Assembly (NCBI GenBank): GCA_013166775.1
Contig: JABLTJ010000032.1
Span: forward strand, 1-55,546
From: Promethearchaeati archaeon
Lineage (GTDB): Archaea; Asgardarchaeota; Heimdallarchaeia; Heimdallarchaeales; Heimdallarchaeaceae
Length of the DNA stretch: 55,546 nt
Direction: 5' to 3'
Positions 36,663-46,355 of the stretch are shown piece by piece. The notes under the pieces were generated by a model. The model ran no database searches and had not been told where the DNA came from. It worked only from the letters and a program-made list of their open reading frames with translations. Within the stretch, counting starts at the first letter, position 1; each line of letters starts with the position of its first letter. A program made the translations under genes and the position numbers.

Positions 36663-38234
36663 ATGACTAAAAAACTTAAAGGCTATTATTTACCACCGTC
36701 TTTAGAAGATTTAGAAAATGAATTAGATTTTGAAGAGAGGGAACTACTGGATTCAAAACTTATTGTACCTAAATACTTTAGTTCGAAAATAGCTGAAAAA
36801 ATTGTTAGAAGATTAAGGAATAATCAAGAAGAGATTAAAAACTTAGATGTTAATGAAATTGCCAAGATTTATGATATTGTAGGTAAAAACTGGGGTAAAA
36901 AAAGTGATTATCCAAAGAAGGCTATAGCTTTAAAATATCTACCAGAACTCACAGATTATTCCCCTGAGATAATAGAGTATTATCAATTTAGCTGTATCAA
37001 TGAGATAAACAAAGCAATAAGTAAAGATCTTGTTAACTATCGTTTCCCATCAGAGGTTTTTTCAAGGTTTATCCAAATACCGGAGACAGAAACATGGATT
37101 CGTGCCTATGCGAGTATAATAAATCAATTGAGATTAAAACGAACTATGAAATCTGGTTTTGGTGAACTCAAGCTTATAAGCTATATAACACCAAAAAACG
37201 TTCCAGGAATCATAGAAACATTTGGAATCTTTCTAGGTAATATTATTCAGTCTGCTGTCTTAATTAAAACACCATATGACCAACCTTTATTCGCACCTTT
37301 GTATGCAGAATCAGTAAAAGAAATTTCACCAACTCTTGGAGAAACAATTGCAGTCGTTCCTTGGAAAGGTGGGCATAAAGAACTTGAGAAGGTGATTTAT
37401 TCACATTCTGATGTTGTCAGTGTAGTTTCTAGTAATAGGACTATTCAAATTATTAGCAAGGATATTCAAAAGCTCAACAAAGAAGGTTGTAATATCAAAG
37501 GCTGTTATCATGGGCAAAAATTCGGTTTAGAATTAGTGTCTAAAGAGTTTTTGAGGGATGAAATCATAGCTCGAAAAGTAGCAGCTTTAATAGCTTTAGA
37601 TGGTGCAGCTTATGAAGGTTATATGTGTTCCAGTCCTGTATTGGGTATTTTTATTGAAGCCGGAGGAAGAATAAGCGTATCTCAATTTGCACAAATATTG
37701 GTTGAAGAATCTTCTAAAGTATCTTTAATAATACCCCAGAACGAAAGCTTCCGAAAAAATCGCGAACTTCAACTCATTAAACTACTATCTAATCCAGAGA
37801 CGAATAGAAAAATATTTCATGACAAGAACAGTGATTCAATAGTTGTATATGAACCAAAGTTTGAATTAAAGCCAATAGGTCAAAATAGGTTACATAGAGT
37901 ATTCGAGATTCCTAAAATTAGATTTCTTATCAGAAAAATAACACGATGGAAAAAATATCTGCAAACTATAGGTATAGCTATTCCAAATGAGCGTTTATTC
38001 GAACAAAAAATAGCGGAAAAACTAGGACGGGTTGGTTTTTCAAGCCTTCGTGTTGTAGGTTCTGCTTGTATTCCTCGATTGGGTGAAACATGGGATGATA
38101 ATTATCCAATTTATGAATACTATATCCCAGATTTAATACACTGGGTGTCAATTAATGCTGGTAATGTTTCAGATGAAATATCAAGATTATATGTACTATA
38201 TAGCAAATTAGTAGCTAATGGAGTCTTTAATTAA
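36663..38234 (+). CDS. Acyl-CoA reductase (LuxC-like)
   Basis: PKNVPG, IKTP, WKGG, HGQKFG, YEGYMCSSP (LuxC-type catalytic-Cys segment), LQTIGIA. Confidence 0.72.
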   Translation: MTKKLKGYYLPPSLEDLENELDFEERELLDSKLIVPKYFSSKIAEKIVRRLRNNQEEIKNLDVNEIAKIYDIVGKNWGKKSDYPKKAIALKYLPELTDYSPEIIEYYQFSCINEINKAISKDLVNYRFPSEVFSRFIQIPETETWIRAYASIINQLRLKRTMKSGFGELKLISYITPKNVPGIIETFGIFLGNIIQSAVLIKTPYDQPLFAPLYAESVKEISPTLGETIAVVPWKGGHKELEKVIYSHSDVVSVVSSNRTIQIISKDIQKLNKEGCNIKGCYHGQKFGLELVSKEFLRDEIIARKVAALIALDGAAYEGYMCSSPVLGIFIEAGGRISVSQFAQILVEESSKVSLIIPQNESFRKNRELQLIKLLSNPETNRKIFHDKNSDSIVVYEPKFELKPIGQNRLHRVFEIPKIRFLIRKITRWKKYLQTIGIAIPNERLFEQKIAEKLGRVGFSSLRVVGSACIPRLGETWDDNYPIYEYYIPDLIHWVSINAGNVSDEISRLYVLYSKLVANGVFN

Positions 38235-38325
38235 TTAATGCAACTAATTCAAGTTTATAAACTAGACATATCTTTTTGTATCTGGTTAGCGAAGAAATAA
38301 AAAGGAGACTAGTTAAAATAATTCT

Positions 38326-39630
38326 ATGACCAAAGTGTCAAAAGAAAATGTGAAGTATCTCGCTTTTGAAGGCGGGGGTGGGAAAGGTATAACTTATCTA
38401 GGAGCTCTTCAAGCTCTAGAGGAGTTAGGAATAATATCTCATGTCCCTAAGAAAAAGGGTGATCAGACTTTTCCTCGAATTGATTCAACAAAGATAAAAG
38501 GTGTAGCAGGTACATCTATTGGCTCTTTAACAGCTTTATTGATTGCTTGTGGTTACAATTCTGAAGAGATAAGAGATATTCTCACATCTGATTTATCAGA
38601 TAACATTCTTGACACTGTTGAATTTGGAAAGATACCAACAATTTTTTCTGAAGAACAAGAGGATTGTGTTCTTCAAGATTCTAGATTCGGTGATGTAGAT
38701 AGCTATATGAAAAACTCTTGGGCAAACTATGTAAAATCAGATCAGAAATCACTTAAAGGTTTTCTTGAGATTCCAGTTAAAACTTTCAAAAGAATGAGCT
38801 TTTCTATCTTTGCATTATTAGTTCAAGGTTACCTTAATCATGAACTTAAGAAATCTGGAAAAAGAACACATGACGATGAATTTCATTTAATTCCTTTGCA
38901 AGAAATAATTAAATCAGAAACTCAAATAATTGCAACTCAATCTGTCTTAAACAAACCAATTCATTCAATAAACAGTCTAAAATACGAATATGGGTTCTTT
39001 CTAGGTGCTTCAGCTCGACATCTATTTGATCAGTTTATTGAAAATAAATCAGGAATTAAGAACTGTACTTTTGAACAATTTTATGAAGAATTTGGTGTTG
39101 ATCTCGTGGTCACTTCTGTTTGTTTAAATACTGGTAACGCATATTATTTTAAGAATGAAGGGAAGTGGAAAGATTTGTGTGTAGCAGATGCAGTAAGAAT
39201 GTCTGTTGGTATTCCCTTCTTATTCAAACCTGTTCTGTTTGAAGAAAAAGAAAAATCCATTGGACCATTTACTGATGATCTGCAATCGACACGGTATATG
39301 GTTGATGGAGGTGTTGTAGATAATTTTCCACTTCATGCTTTTGACGAAGAAGGAAAAGAAGAACTTAACTCTCAAATGCTAGGCTTTACTTTAGTACCTG
39401 ATAGCAAAAAGAAAGTTGCCGAAATTGCCAATTTTGTAGATTATTTAGATAATGCTCTCTATACTTTCCTAAAGAATGCAACAGAATTGCAAATAAAAAC
39501 ATCAGGAGAAAGAGACCAAATAATAGAACTAGATACAGGAAATCTTAGCATATTCGACTTTAGCTTTGAAGAACTACCTGAAGAAATAATTTCAAGTTCA
39601 AAAAAGAGAACACTGGATTATTTCAAGTAG
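38326..39630 (+). CDS. Patatin-like phospholipase
   Basis: FEGGGGKG, GTSIG (GxSxG), DAVRMSVGIP, VDGGVVDNFP. Confidence 0.9.
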   Translation: MTKVSKENVKYLAFEGGGGKGITYLGALQALEELGIISHVPKKKGDQTFPRIDSTKIKGVAGTSIGSLTALLIACGYNSEEIRDILTSDLSDNILDTVEFGKIPTIFSEEQEDCVLQDSRFGDVDSYMKNSWANYVKSDQKSLKGFLEIPVKTFKRMSFSIFALLVQGYLNHELKKSGKRTHDDEFHLIPLQEIIKSETQIIATQSVLNKPIHSINSLKYEYGFFLGASARHLFDQFIENKSGIKNCTFEQFYEEFGVDLVVTSVCLNTGNAYYFKNEGKWKDLCVADAVRMSVGIPFLFKPVLFEEKEKSIGPFTDDLQSTRYMVDGGVVDNFPLHAFDEEGKEELNSQMLGFTLVPDSKKKVAEIANFVDYLDNALYTFLKNATELQIKTSGERDQIIELDTGNLSIFDFSFEELPEEIISSSKKRTLDYFK

Positions 39631-39679
39631 TTAAATTTTCATTTTTTCCAAAAAACTGATGGCAAAAAAATGAAGAATT

Positions 39680-39715
39680 ATCTTACCACAGAAAAGAATA
39701 TATGTGTGGTAAGAT
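39680..39715. promoter_or_regulatory. Perfect 11-bp inverted repeat ATCTTACCACA-N14-TGTGGTAAGAT
   Basis: Read directly in the intergenic region between patatin and the P1 peptidase; the function is inferred. Confidence 0.5.
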
Positions 39716-39753
39716 TTATGTAGTATCTCGCTTGGCGGTTCAAGGGGGCTTTT

Positions 39754-40806
39754 TTGAAAAAACTAGGTATTGTTTTTAAATATCTAAAGAGAATTGATGT
39801 TATGAAAGATTATCTATCCAATGATAAAATGGATTTGAAACCTAAAACAGATTATAGAGAACCATTTTTGAAGTTTGATTTTCCTGGCATTAAAGTGGGT
39901 ATAGGAGAGTACGAGGAAGGACCAACAGGATGTACCGTTATTCAAGTATTAAAGAATAATATGATGTATGTAGATGTCAGGGGAGGAGCAGTAGGTGTAA
40001 TTGGACAACACTGGGGATTTACCAATGCTGTTTGCTTTTCAGGAGGATCATTATATGGATTTGAAGCAATATCAGGAGTTACTGCAGAACTCTTAAAACA
40101 GAATAACTATTCACCGGATTGGGAAACAATTCCTATAGTGAATGGTGCTATAATTTTTGATGTTGGTTTTCGAGCAAACACCATCTATCCAGATAAAGAA
40201 CTTGGTAGATTAGCAGTAAGTTCAGCAAGAGAAGGAATACTTCCAATTGGTAATCAAGGTGCAGGAAAATCTGCAACAGTTGGAAAAAATTTGGATTATA
40301 ATTCTGCTCAACTTGGAGGTCAAGGAGGAGCTTTCAAACAGATAGGAGATACAAAAATTTTTGTCTGTACTGTAGTGAATTCTGTTGGAGCAATTATGAA
40401 TAAAAAGGGAGAAATTGTTAGAGGTTTTTGGGATGATTCAAAAGAACAAAGACTAGATCTTTTGAAAGAAATTTCAAAGAAATCCGAAAATGAAAATAAT
40501 AAGAAAGAGCAGAACGCAACTACAAAGAATACAACTCTGACAGTAGTAATTACAAATCAAAAAATGGATAGGTATGGTTTAACACAAATGGGTCGTCAAG
40601 TCCATACATCAATGGCAAGAGCAATCAATCCCTTCCATACAATTACTGATGGAGATGTCCTATTTATGATATCAACAAATGAAGTGGAAATCAAAAAACT
40701 TGATTTAACCAGTTTAGGTGTTGTAGCTTCAGAAGTCGCTTGGGATGCCGTTTTAAGTTGCTATGAAGAAAATCAGAAAGGAAAGGTTTACAAGAAAATT
40801 GATTGA
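39754..40806 (+). CDS. P1/S58 family peptidase (DmpA-like L-aminopeptidase/D-esterase)
   Basis: TGCTV, DVRGGA, FSGGSLYG, GNQGAG, NTTL autoprocessing site, PFHTITDGD. The start is probably ATG 39802. Confidence 0.88.
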   Translation: MKKLGIVFKYLKRIDVMKDYLSNDKMDLKPKTDYREPFLKFDFPGIKVGIGEYEEGPTGCTVIQVLKNNMMYVDVRGGAVGVIGQHWGFTNAVCFSGGSLYGFEAISGVTAELLKQNNYSPDWETIPIVNGAIIFDVGFRANTIYPDKELGRLAVSSAREGILPIGNQGAGKSATVGKNLDYNSAQLGGQGGAFKQIGDTKIFVCTVVNSVGAIMNKKGEIVRGFWDDSKEQRLDLLKEISKKSENENNKKEQNATTKNTTLTVVITNQKMDRYGLTQMGRQVHTSMARAINPFHTITDGDVLFMISTNEVEIKKLDLTSLGVVASEVAWDAVLSCYEENQKGKVYKKID

Positions 40807-40821
40807 GATTTTATATTATAT

Positions 40822-40863
40822 TCGAGAAAAGATTATAAGAAGGAAAAATTTCTTTTCTTCATA
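40822..40863 (+). promoter_or_regulatory. Archaeal BRE/TATA promoter of the first amidohydrolase (leaderless layout)
   Basis: TCGAGAAAAGA-TTATAAGA (TATA at 40833-40840), ATG at 40864; conserved before the paralog. Confidence 0.6.
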
Positions 40864-42159
40864 ATGACTGAAGAAAAATCAAGATTAGTAATTAAGTCAG
40901 GGAGAGTATTTGATTCAATAAATGGTAAACTGCTTGAAAATACGACTGTTGTATCAGTTGGAAACAAAATTGTCTGGTTAGGAGATGATAGCAGTTTCGA
41001 AAAAGAAGAGAATGATCATATTATAGATGCTTCGGGAAAAGTAGTTCTTCCAGGAATGATAGAAGCTCATGTACACCTTATTGGAACTGGCAATCCTCAA
41101 GCTGAAAGAGAGTATCTCAGGACAAAAAGAGACATGTATCATTTCTTTGCTTTAAATCATGCTCAAAAACATCTTGCTTCTGGTTTTACCTGTGTAAGGG
41201 ATTGTGGAGCATATAAGGGTGTAACATCCTCTCTGAGAAGAATTCTAGATAATTTAACCTTCGCAGGACCTAGATTGGTTATATCCGAAACTAGCTTAGG
41301 GCAGTGGGGAAATCAAGAAAGTATCGGACCTCAACCACTTCTTGATGCAGCAAGAAAAGAATCCGTTGTAACTGCTGGTGTAGATAATGTTGTTTATGCA
41401 GTACGAGATTTGAAAAGATTAGGAGCTGACTTTGTTAAAACATTAACCACTGGGGGAGTGTTACATGGGATGGAGTCCAAGGTGGAATTCAGTCTCTGGA
41501 CTGAGGATGAACTAAAAGCCATGGTAACAGAAGCTCACCGACTTGGACTGCATCTTGCTAGCCATGCCCATGGTACAGCTGGAATCATTGCAGCTGTTGA
41601 AGCTGGAATCGATACAATTGAGCATGCTAGTTACATGACAGAAGAAGTTGCTGATTTGATGGTCAAAAATGGAACCTACATTGTGCCAACTCAAACAGCT
41701 GCAATGAGTCTTGTTAGTCCTGAATTATTGAAACTGATGCCTCCAGAAATACAAAAGAAAACTATTGAAGTAGATAAAATAATGAAAGAGAGTCATAGGT
41801 TGGCTTTCAAAAAAGGAGTAAAAATTGTAATTGGTACAGATGCTGGAACACCTGGGAACTATCATGGTAACACTGCGAATGAAGTTCGATTGATGGTAGA
41901 GGATGTAGGAATGACAACAGTACAAGCTTTACAAGCTGCAACAATTGAGGGTGCAAAAGCAATCTGGTTAGAAGATAAAATCGGAACTATTGAGAAAGGA
42001 AAATTAGCAGATATGGTTATCTGTGAGAAAAATCCTCTTGAAGATATTAAAGTACTTTCGAATGTAACCAGTTTATCTCATGTGATTAAAGATGGTATAG
42101 TTATGGCTGAGCAAGGTAGAATTACATATTTCTCACCACTACAAAAATTGGCTAAATAA
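40864..42159 (+). CDS. Metal-dependent amidohydrolase (Xaa-Pro dipeptidase-like)
   Basis: PGMIEAHVH, SGFTCVRDCG, GADFVK, SHAHG, IEHA, GTDAG. Confidence 0.9.
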   Translation: MTEEKSRLVIKSGRVFDSINGKLLENTTVVSVGNKIVWLGDDSSFEKEENDHIIDASGKVVLPGMIEAHVHLIGTGNPQAEREYLRTKRDMYHFFALNHAQKHLASGFTCVRDCGAYKGVTSSLRRILDNLTFAGPRLVISETSLGQWGNQESIGPQPLLDAARKESVVTAGVDNVVYAVRDLKRLGADFVKTLTTGGVLHGMESKVEFSLWTEDELKAMVTEAHRLGLHLASHAHGTAGIIAAVEAGIDTIEHASYMTEEVADLMVKNGTYIVPTQTAAMSLVSPELLKLMPPEIQKKTIEVDKIMKESHRLAFKKGVKIVIGTDAGTPGNYHGNTANEVRLMVEDVGMTTVQALQAATIEGAKAIWLEDKIGTIEKGKLADMVICEKNPLEDIKVLSNVTSLSHVIKDGIVMAEQGRITYFSPLQKLAK

Positions 42160-42190
42160 AATCAATAACACTGAAAAAGATTGAAGTAAA

Positions 42191-42231
42191 TCGAGAAAAA
42201 GTTATAAGAAAGAAATTTTCCCTTCTTCATA
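42191..42231 (+). promoter_or_regulatory. Archaeal BRE/TATA promoter of the second amidohydrolase
   Basis: TCGAGAAAAAG-TTATAAGA (TATA at 42202-42209), ATG at 42232. Confidence 0.6.
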
Positions 42232-43527
42232 ATGACAGAGGATAAACAAAGATTAGTAATTAAATCAGGCAGAGTGTTTGATTCAATTAATGGTAAACTA
42301 CTTGAAAACATTACCATAGTGATAGTAGGAAATAGAATCGCTTGGGTAGGAGATGATAGTAATTACGAAAAAGGAGAAAAAGACAAGATTATTGATGCAA
42401 CTAACAAGGTAGTTCTACCAGGTATGATTGAAACCCATGTTCATCTTACCGCAACAGGTAACCCTCAATCTGAAAGAGAATATCTAAGAACAAAACGTGA
42501 TATGTACAATTATCTTGCACTTGACCATGCTCAAAAGCATCTTGTAAGCGGATTTACTTGTGTCAGAGATTGTGGAGCTTACAAGGGTGTAGTTTCATCT
42601 CTGCGAAGGATTTTAGATCAACGCATAATAGCAGGACCTAGGTTAGTTGCTTCAGAAACAGGATTAGGACAATGGGGAAATCAAGAAAGTATAGGCCCTC
42701 AAGCTTTGCTTGATGCAGTAAGAGAAGAATCAGTTGTTACTGCTGGTGTTGACAATGTTGTATATGCTGTCAGAGAACAGAAAAGATTAGGTGCTGATTT
42801 CATTAAAACCTTGACTACTGGTGGAGTTCTTCATGGTATGGAGTCAAAAGTAAGTTTTAGTCTTTGGACAGATGATGAGCTAGAAGCTATGGTTACAGAA
42901 GCTCATCGGCTTGGGATGCATTTAGCTAGTCATGCTCATGGAAATGCAGGAATAATTGCTGCAGTCAAAGCAGGAATTGATACTATTGAACATTGTAGTC
43001 TTGTTGATGAGGAAGCAGCCAAAATGATGATAGATAAAGGAACTTATCTTGTTTCGACCCGGTCAGCAATTGTTTGTTTAGCAAATCCAGAGATCATTAA
43101 TCAACTTCCTCCAGAAATTCAAAAGAAGATTATTGAAGTTGGAAGTCAAGCAAAAGATAACCACAAAATGGCATTTGAGAAAGGTGTCAAGTTTGCAATT
43201 GGAACAGATGCAGGAACACCTGGTAATTATCACGGAAATACCGGGCATGAATTACAATTCATGGTGGAAGACATTGGGATGACACCCAAACAAGCACTCC
43301 AAGCAGCTACAATTGAAGGTGCTAAAGCAATCTGGTTGGAAGATAAAATAGGATCTATAGAGAAAGGAAAATTAGCAGACATTGTCATTTGTGAAAAGAA
43401 TCCACTGGAAGATATTACTGCGATAACTGATATTTCTAGCCTTTCCTATGTAATCAAAGATGGTATAGTCATGGCTAAGAAAGGTGCAATAACTTATTTC
43501 TCTCCAATACAACAAATGACCAAATAA
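42232..43527 (+). CDS. Metal-dependent amidohydrolase, tandem paralog
   Basis: Same length (431 aa) and collinear with 40864-42159; PGMIETHVH, SHAHG, IEHC, GTDAG. Confidence 0.9.
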   Translation: MTEDKQRLVIKSGRVFDSINGKLLENITIVIVGNRIAWVGDDSNYEKGEKDKIIDATNKVVLPGMIETHVHLTATGNPQSEREYLRTKRDMYNYLALDHAQKHLVSGFTCVRDCGAYKGVVSSLRRILDQRIIAGPRLVASETGLGQWGNQESIGPQALLDAVREESVVTAGVDNVVYAVREQKRLGADFIKTLTTGGVLHGMESKVSFSLWTDDELEAMVTEAHRLGMHLASHAHGNAGIIAAVKAGIDTIEHCSLVDEEAAKMMIDKGTYLVSTRSAIVCLANPEIINQLPPEIQKKIIEVGSQAKDNHKMAFEKGVKFAIGTDAGTPGNYHGNTGHELQFMVEDIGMTPKQALQAATIEGAKAIWLEDKIGSIEKGKLADIVICEKNPLEDITAITDISSLSYVIKDGIVMAKKGAITYFSPIQQMTK

Positions 43528-43540
43528 AATAACTAAGATG

Positions 43541-44443
43541 CTAGGAAATATCAAAAAACTTCCTTGCATTTTCCAATACTTTTTCTGCAACTTCTTGTTG
43601 TTTCATATCATTAACATAAGCAATTGCAGCTACTGCATATTTCACATTAGCTGGTGTATTAAAACCTCCCATTTTGAAAGGATGCTGAAAACATGAATCT
43701 GTTTCAGTCAAGAGTCTATCTAAAGGAACTCCCGATATATTTCTTCTCCACCTTTTAAATCCATAAGCAGATGATGGTACTGAGATATAATAACCCAATT
43801 TAGCAAGTTTAGGTCCCCATTCTTGTGGTCCTGAGAAACAATGCCACATTACTTTTTCAGGTTTGATTCCCTCTTCTTCCAAGATTTTTACAATTATCTT
43901 ATTACAGAAATCTCTTTGGTTAAATTCATGATTCGGATTTTTCTGATCTACATCTCTTTGAGTTGCATTTCTCACATGCAGAGCATAAGGTTTATTCAAA
44001 TGCTTAGTCTCTTGAATTACTCTCTTAAAATAATCAATTTGTTCTTGCCTTATTGATTGTGTTTTACCATGATGGAAATCTAAACCAAATTCTCCGATCC
44101 CAACATACGTATCTCTCTTGTTCTCTACTATATCTATAAAATGGGGGTGTTCTTCCATCACTACATCCATTCCATATCTATCTGAAGGTTTGAGACACCC
44201 TACAGTAAGATAGATTTCTTCGTGGATTTGCGTGTATTCATGAAGGTAGTCGTAATTATAATAACTACTGGAAGAAACAATGAATTGTCCATTGTGTTTC
44301 TCAAAGAAAAATTCGTACTGACTTTCATAAGAATGAGTAGGCTTTCTATAAGGTTCTTTATCCGGAAAATGCGCATGACAATCTACAATTGGTAGTTCTT
44401 GCTCTGGATTAATTGGTATAGCTTCGTTTTTTCGGTAGCTCAC
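43541..44443 (-). CDS. tatD: TatD family metal-dependent DNase
   Basis: VDCHAH, GIGEFGLDF, LHVR, WHCFSG, LLTETDS. Confidence 0.9.
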   Translation of the reverse strand: MSYRKNEAIPINPEQELPIVDCHAHFPDKEPYRKPTHSYESQYEFFFEKHNGQFIVSSSSYYNYDYLHEYTQIHEEIYLTVGCLKPSDRYGMDVVMEEHPHFIDIVENKRDTYVGIGEFGLDFHHGKTQSIRQEQIDYFKRVIQETKHLNKPYALHVRNATQRDVDQKNPNHEFNQRDFCNKIIVKILEEEGIKPEKVMWHCFSGPQEWGPKLAKLGYYISVPSSAYGFKRWRRNISGVPLDRLLTETDSCFQHPFKMGGFNTPANVKYAVAAIAYVNDMKQQEVAEKVLENARKFFDIS

Positions 44444-44575
44444 GAGAGGAGGAAAATTCAGATATCTATAAATCTATCGAGAAAAAATAGAACTCAAATT
44501 TAAGGAGAATTTTACTGGAGTAAAACTTAAGAATACAAGAAATATTCCTAAAATATTTATTCTGAAGGCTCCAAA

Positions 44576-44935
44576 ATGAAAAGTAGCGAAAAACTTAGAA
44601 GCTCACTGAATCTATTCATTCTTTTTCTTAAAGAAAAACCTATTTTCAAGTTACTAGAATTAATTATTCTATTTGGGATATTGATTGTATTTTCTATATA
44701 CATCGTTTTATTTGCTTCACCTCTTTATTCTGATTCTCTAATATTTAAAGCTAGTTTAGCTTTTTTTATTATCTCTGTCATAATTAGTATTTATTCATTC
44801 TTCAGATCGTCCTACTTGAAAAAAGAATCAAGATACAGGATTCCTTGGATAATTCTGTTTATATTGGGGATATTAGTATCCGCTTTTACTTTGTTAATTG
44901 TTCTTATTGAATATTTAACAAAACTATGCGATTAA
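44576..44935 (+). CDS. Small three-TM membrane protein
   Basis: Three hydrophobic segments; ATG with an upstream TATA-like box. Confidence 0.6.
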   Translation: MKSSEKLRSSLNLFILFLKEKPIFKLLELIILFGILIVFSIYIVLFASPLYSDSLIFKASLAFFIISVIISIYSFFRSSYLKKESRYRIPWIILFILGILVSAFTLLIVLIEYLTKLCD

Positions 44936-45004
44936 TATTCAGATTATTTAATTTTCCAATTTTAAAGAGAGGTTTATTAGATAGCACAACTTAGTTATTG
45001 GTGT

Positions 45005-45325
45005 ATGAACGATAAAACTTCCTCGAAAAAAAAGAAGAGAAAAGAAGAGAAAAAAACAGAAGAAGAAGATAAACCTGATTATGGATTTATTACTGAGGAA
45101 GAAATGGAGAAAGGATTTAAACCCTCCAATGTTCTCCAAGAGGGAGCTGTTTTGTGCCCTTATTGTAGTACAACAAATACCACAGAAGATGAGGTTTGTT
45201 TTAACTGTAGAAAGAAATTAAAAAGTTATGATGATTTGAAAGAACTGATGGTAAAAGAGTACTTTGTTGAAGAGGAAACCAAAAAGAAAAAGATAAAGAA
45301 ATCAAAAAGGAAAATCAAAGGTTAA
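45005..45325 (+). CDS. Small zinc-finger protein (RanBP2/NZF-like spacing) with Lys-rich ends
   Basis: CPYCSTTNTTEDEVCFNC = C-x2-C-x3-N-x6-C-x2-C. Confidence 0.7.
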   Translation: MNDKTSSKKKKRKEEKKTEEEDKPDYGFITEEEMEKGFKPSNVLQEGAVLCPYCSTTNTTEDEVCFNCRKKLKSYDDLKELMVKEYFVEEETKKKKIKKSKRKIKG

Positions 45326-46355
45326 GCCTTTTTACAAGATCCTCAGTTTTAAACTTATAGCTTTCTCCACCTCTATATTTCTTAAAACCCATTCTAGTGT
45401 TGATTGAAAGCATAGCTTCATTTGATTCAGCATTCCCAGTAATTATCCTCTCGACTTTTGAATAATTTTCCTTAACATGAACAATCATAAGAGCTTTGAG
45501 CCATTTGCCTAAACCTTTTCCTCGAAATTCAGGTCGGACACCTGTTAATCCTTGGAATATTTTTTGTCCTTCTCGAGCATCATAATAGATTTCAGTTAAA
45601 CCTGAAATTCTTCCATTCTTCTCTCTTGTAATCATAGTATAACTTATCTGTCCCATCTCTTTTGTTCTTTTCTCAAATTTACGTCTAGCTTCTCCATCTA
45701 TGTTTGCTCTGCTCTCTATCTCACCAAGAGGTTGCATATTCAAAGCTTCAGTATACATCTCACTGTATTCTTCTAAAATCTCATCTGGGCATACATCTAG
45801 GAAAGTTTCTATAGTTACATCTGGGGCTCTTTTTGGTCCTTCATCTATCCATTCTTGCATCATATCCCAATCAATATCTGCAATTTCTAATCTATTTTCT
45901 GCACCTTCAATTGCTATCTCAGCTCCATAGTGTTTTAGAAATGCTTTACCATATTCATTATCTGAGCCAACTTCAATAACTGTTTTTTCTGAATCTTGAA
46001 ATTCTTTTACAGCAATTTTAAGAAAATCTGTTCCTATCCCTTTGCGTCTATGATCTTTGCGAATTACTATATTCAATTGAGCTATGTGCTTATTTTCTTC
46101 ATAATCTGAAGAAGTTTCTTCTGCAAAACCAAAACCTACCCATCCAATTATCTTCTCATCTGGAGTGATAGCTAACAATCGTTTGACATAAAAATCTGGA
46201 AAATCTGCTTTTTGTCTTTGTATCAATGCTTCTCTATCGGGTAATGGATCATCTGGATCCATTTCTTTTGCGTTAGCTTCAATGAACTCAAAGTATCCGT
46301 CCCAGAACTCATCCGGAACTTCCTTTGGTTTAAATTCTATTATTTTATATTCCAT
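45315..46355 (-). CDS. Tandem GNAT N-acetyltransferase
   Basis: Two acetyl-CoA motifs HRRKGIG and FRGKGLG; TGNAESNEAMLSINTRMGF. Confidence 0.88.
   Translation of the reverse strand: MEYKIIEFKPKEVPDEFWDGYFEFIEANAKEMDPDDPLPDREALIQRQKADFPDFYVKRLLAITPDEKIIGWVGFGFAEETSSDYEENKHIAQLNIVIRKDHRRKGIGTDFLKIAVKEFQDSEKTVIEVGSDNEYGKAFLKHYGAEIAIEGAENRLEIADIDWDMMQEWIDEGPKRAPDVTIETFLDVCPDEILEEYSEMYTEALNMQPLGEIESRANIDGEARRKFEKRTKEMGQISYTMITREKNGRISGLTEIYYDAREGQKIFQGLTGVRPEFRGKGLGKWLKALMIVHVKENYSKVERIITGNAESNEAMLSINTRMGFKKYRGGESYKFKTEDLVKRLNL

Noticed and set aside
36663-38234. Bioluminescence lux operon
   Set aside because: Only a LuxC-like reductase is present; no luxA, luxB, luxD or luxE.
38326-39630. Patatin as a CBASS (CapV-like) anti-phage effector
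   Set aside because: No CD-NTase or other defence gene is adjacent; the degenerate MNT protein is about 18 kb away and lacks catalytic residues.
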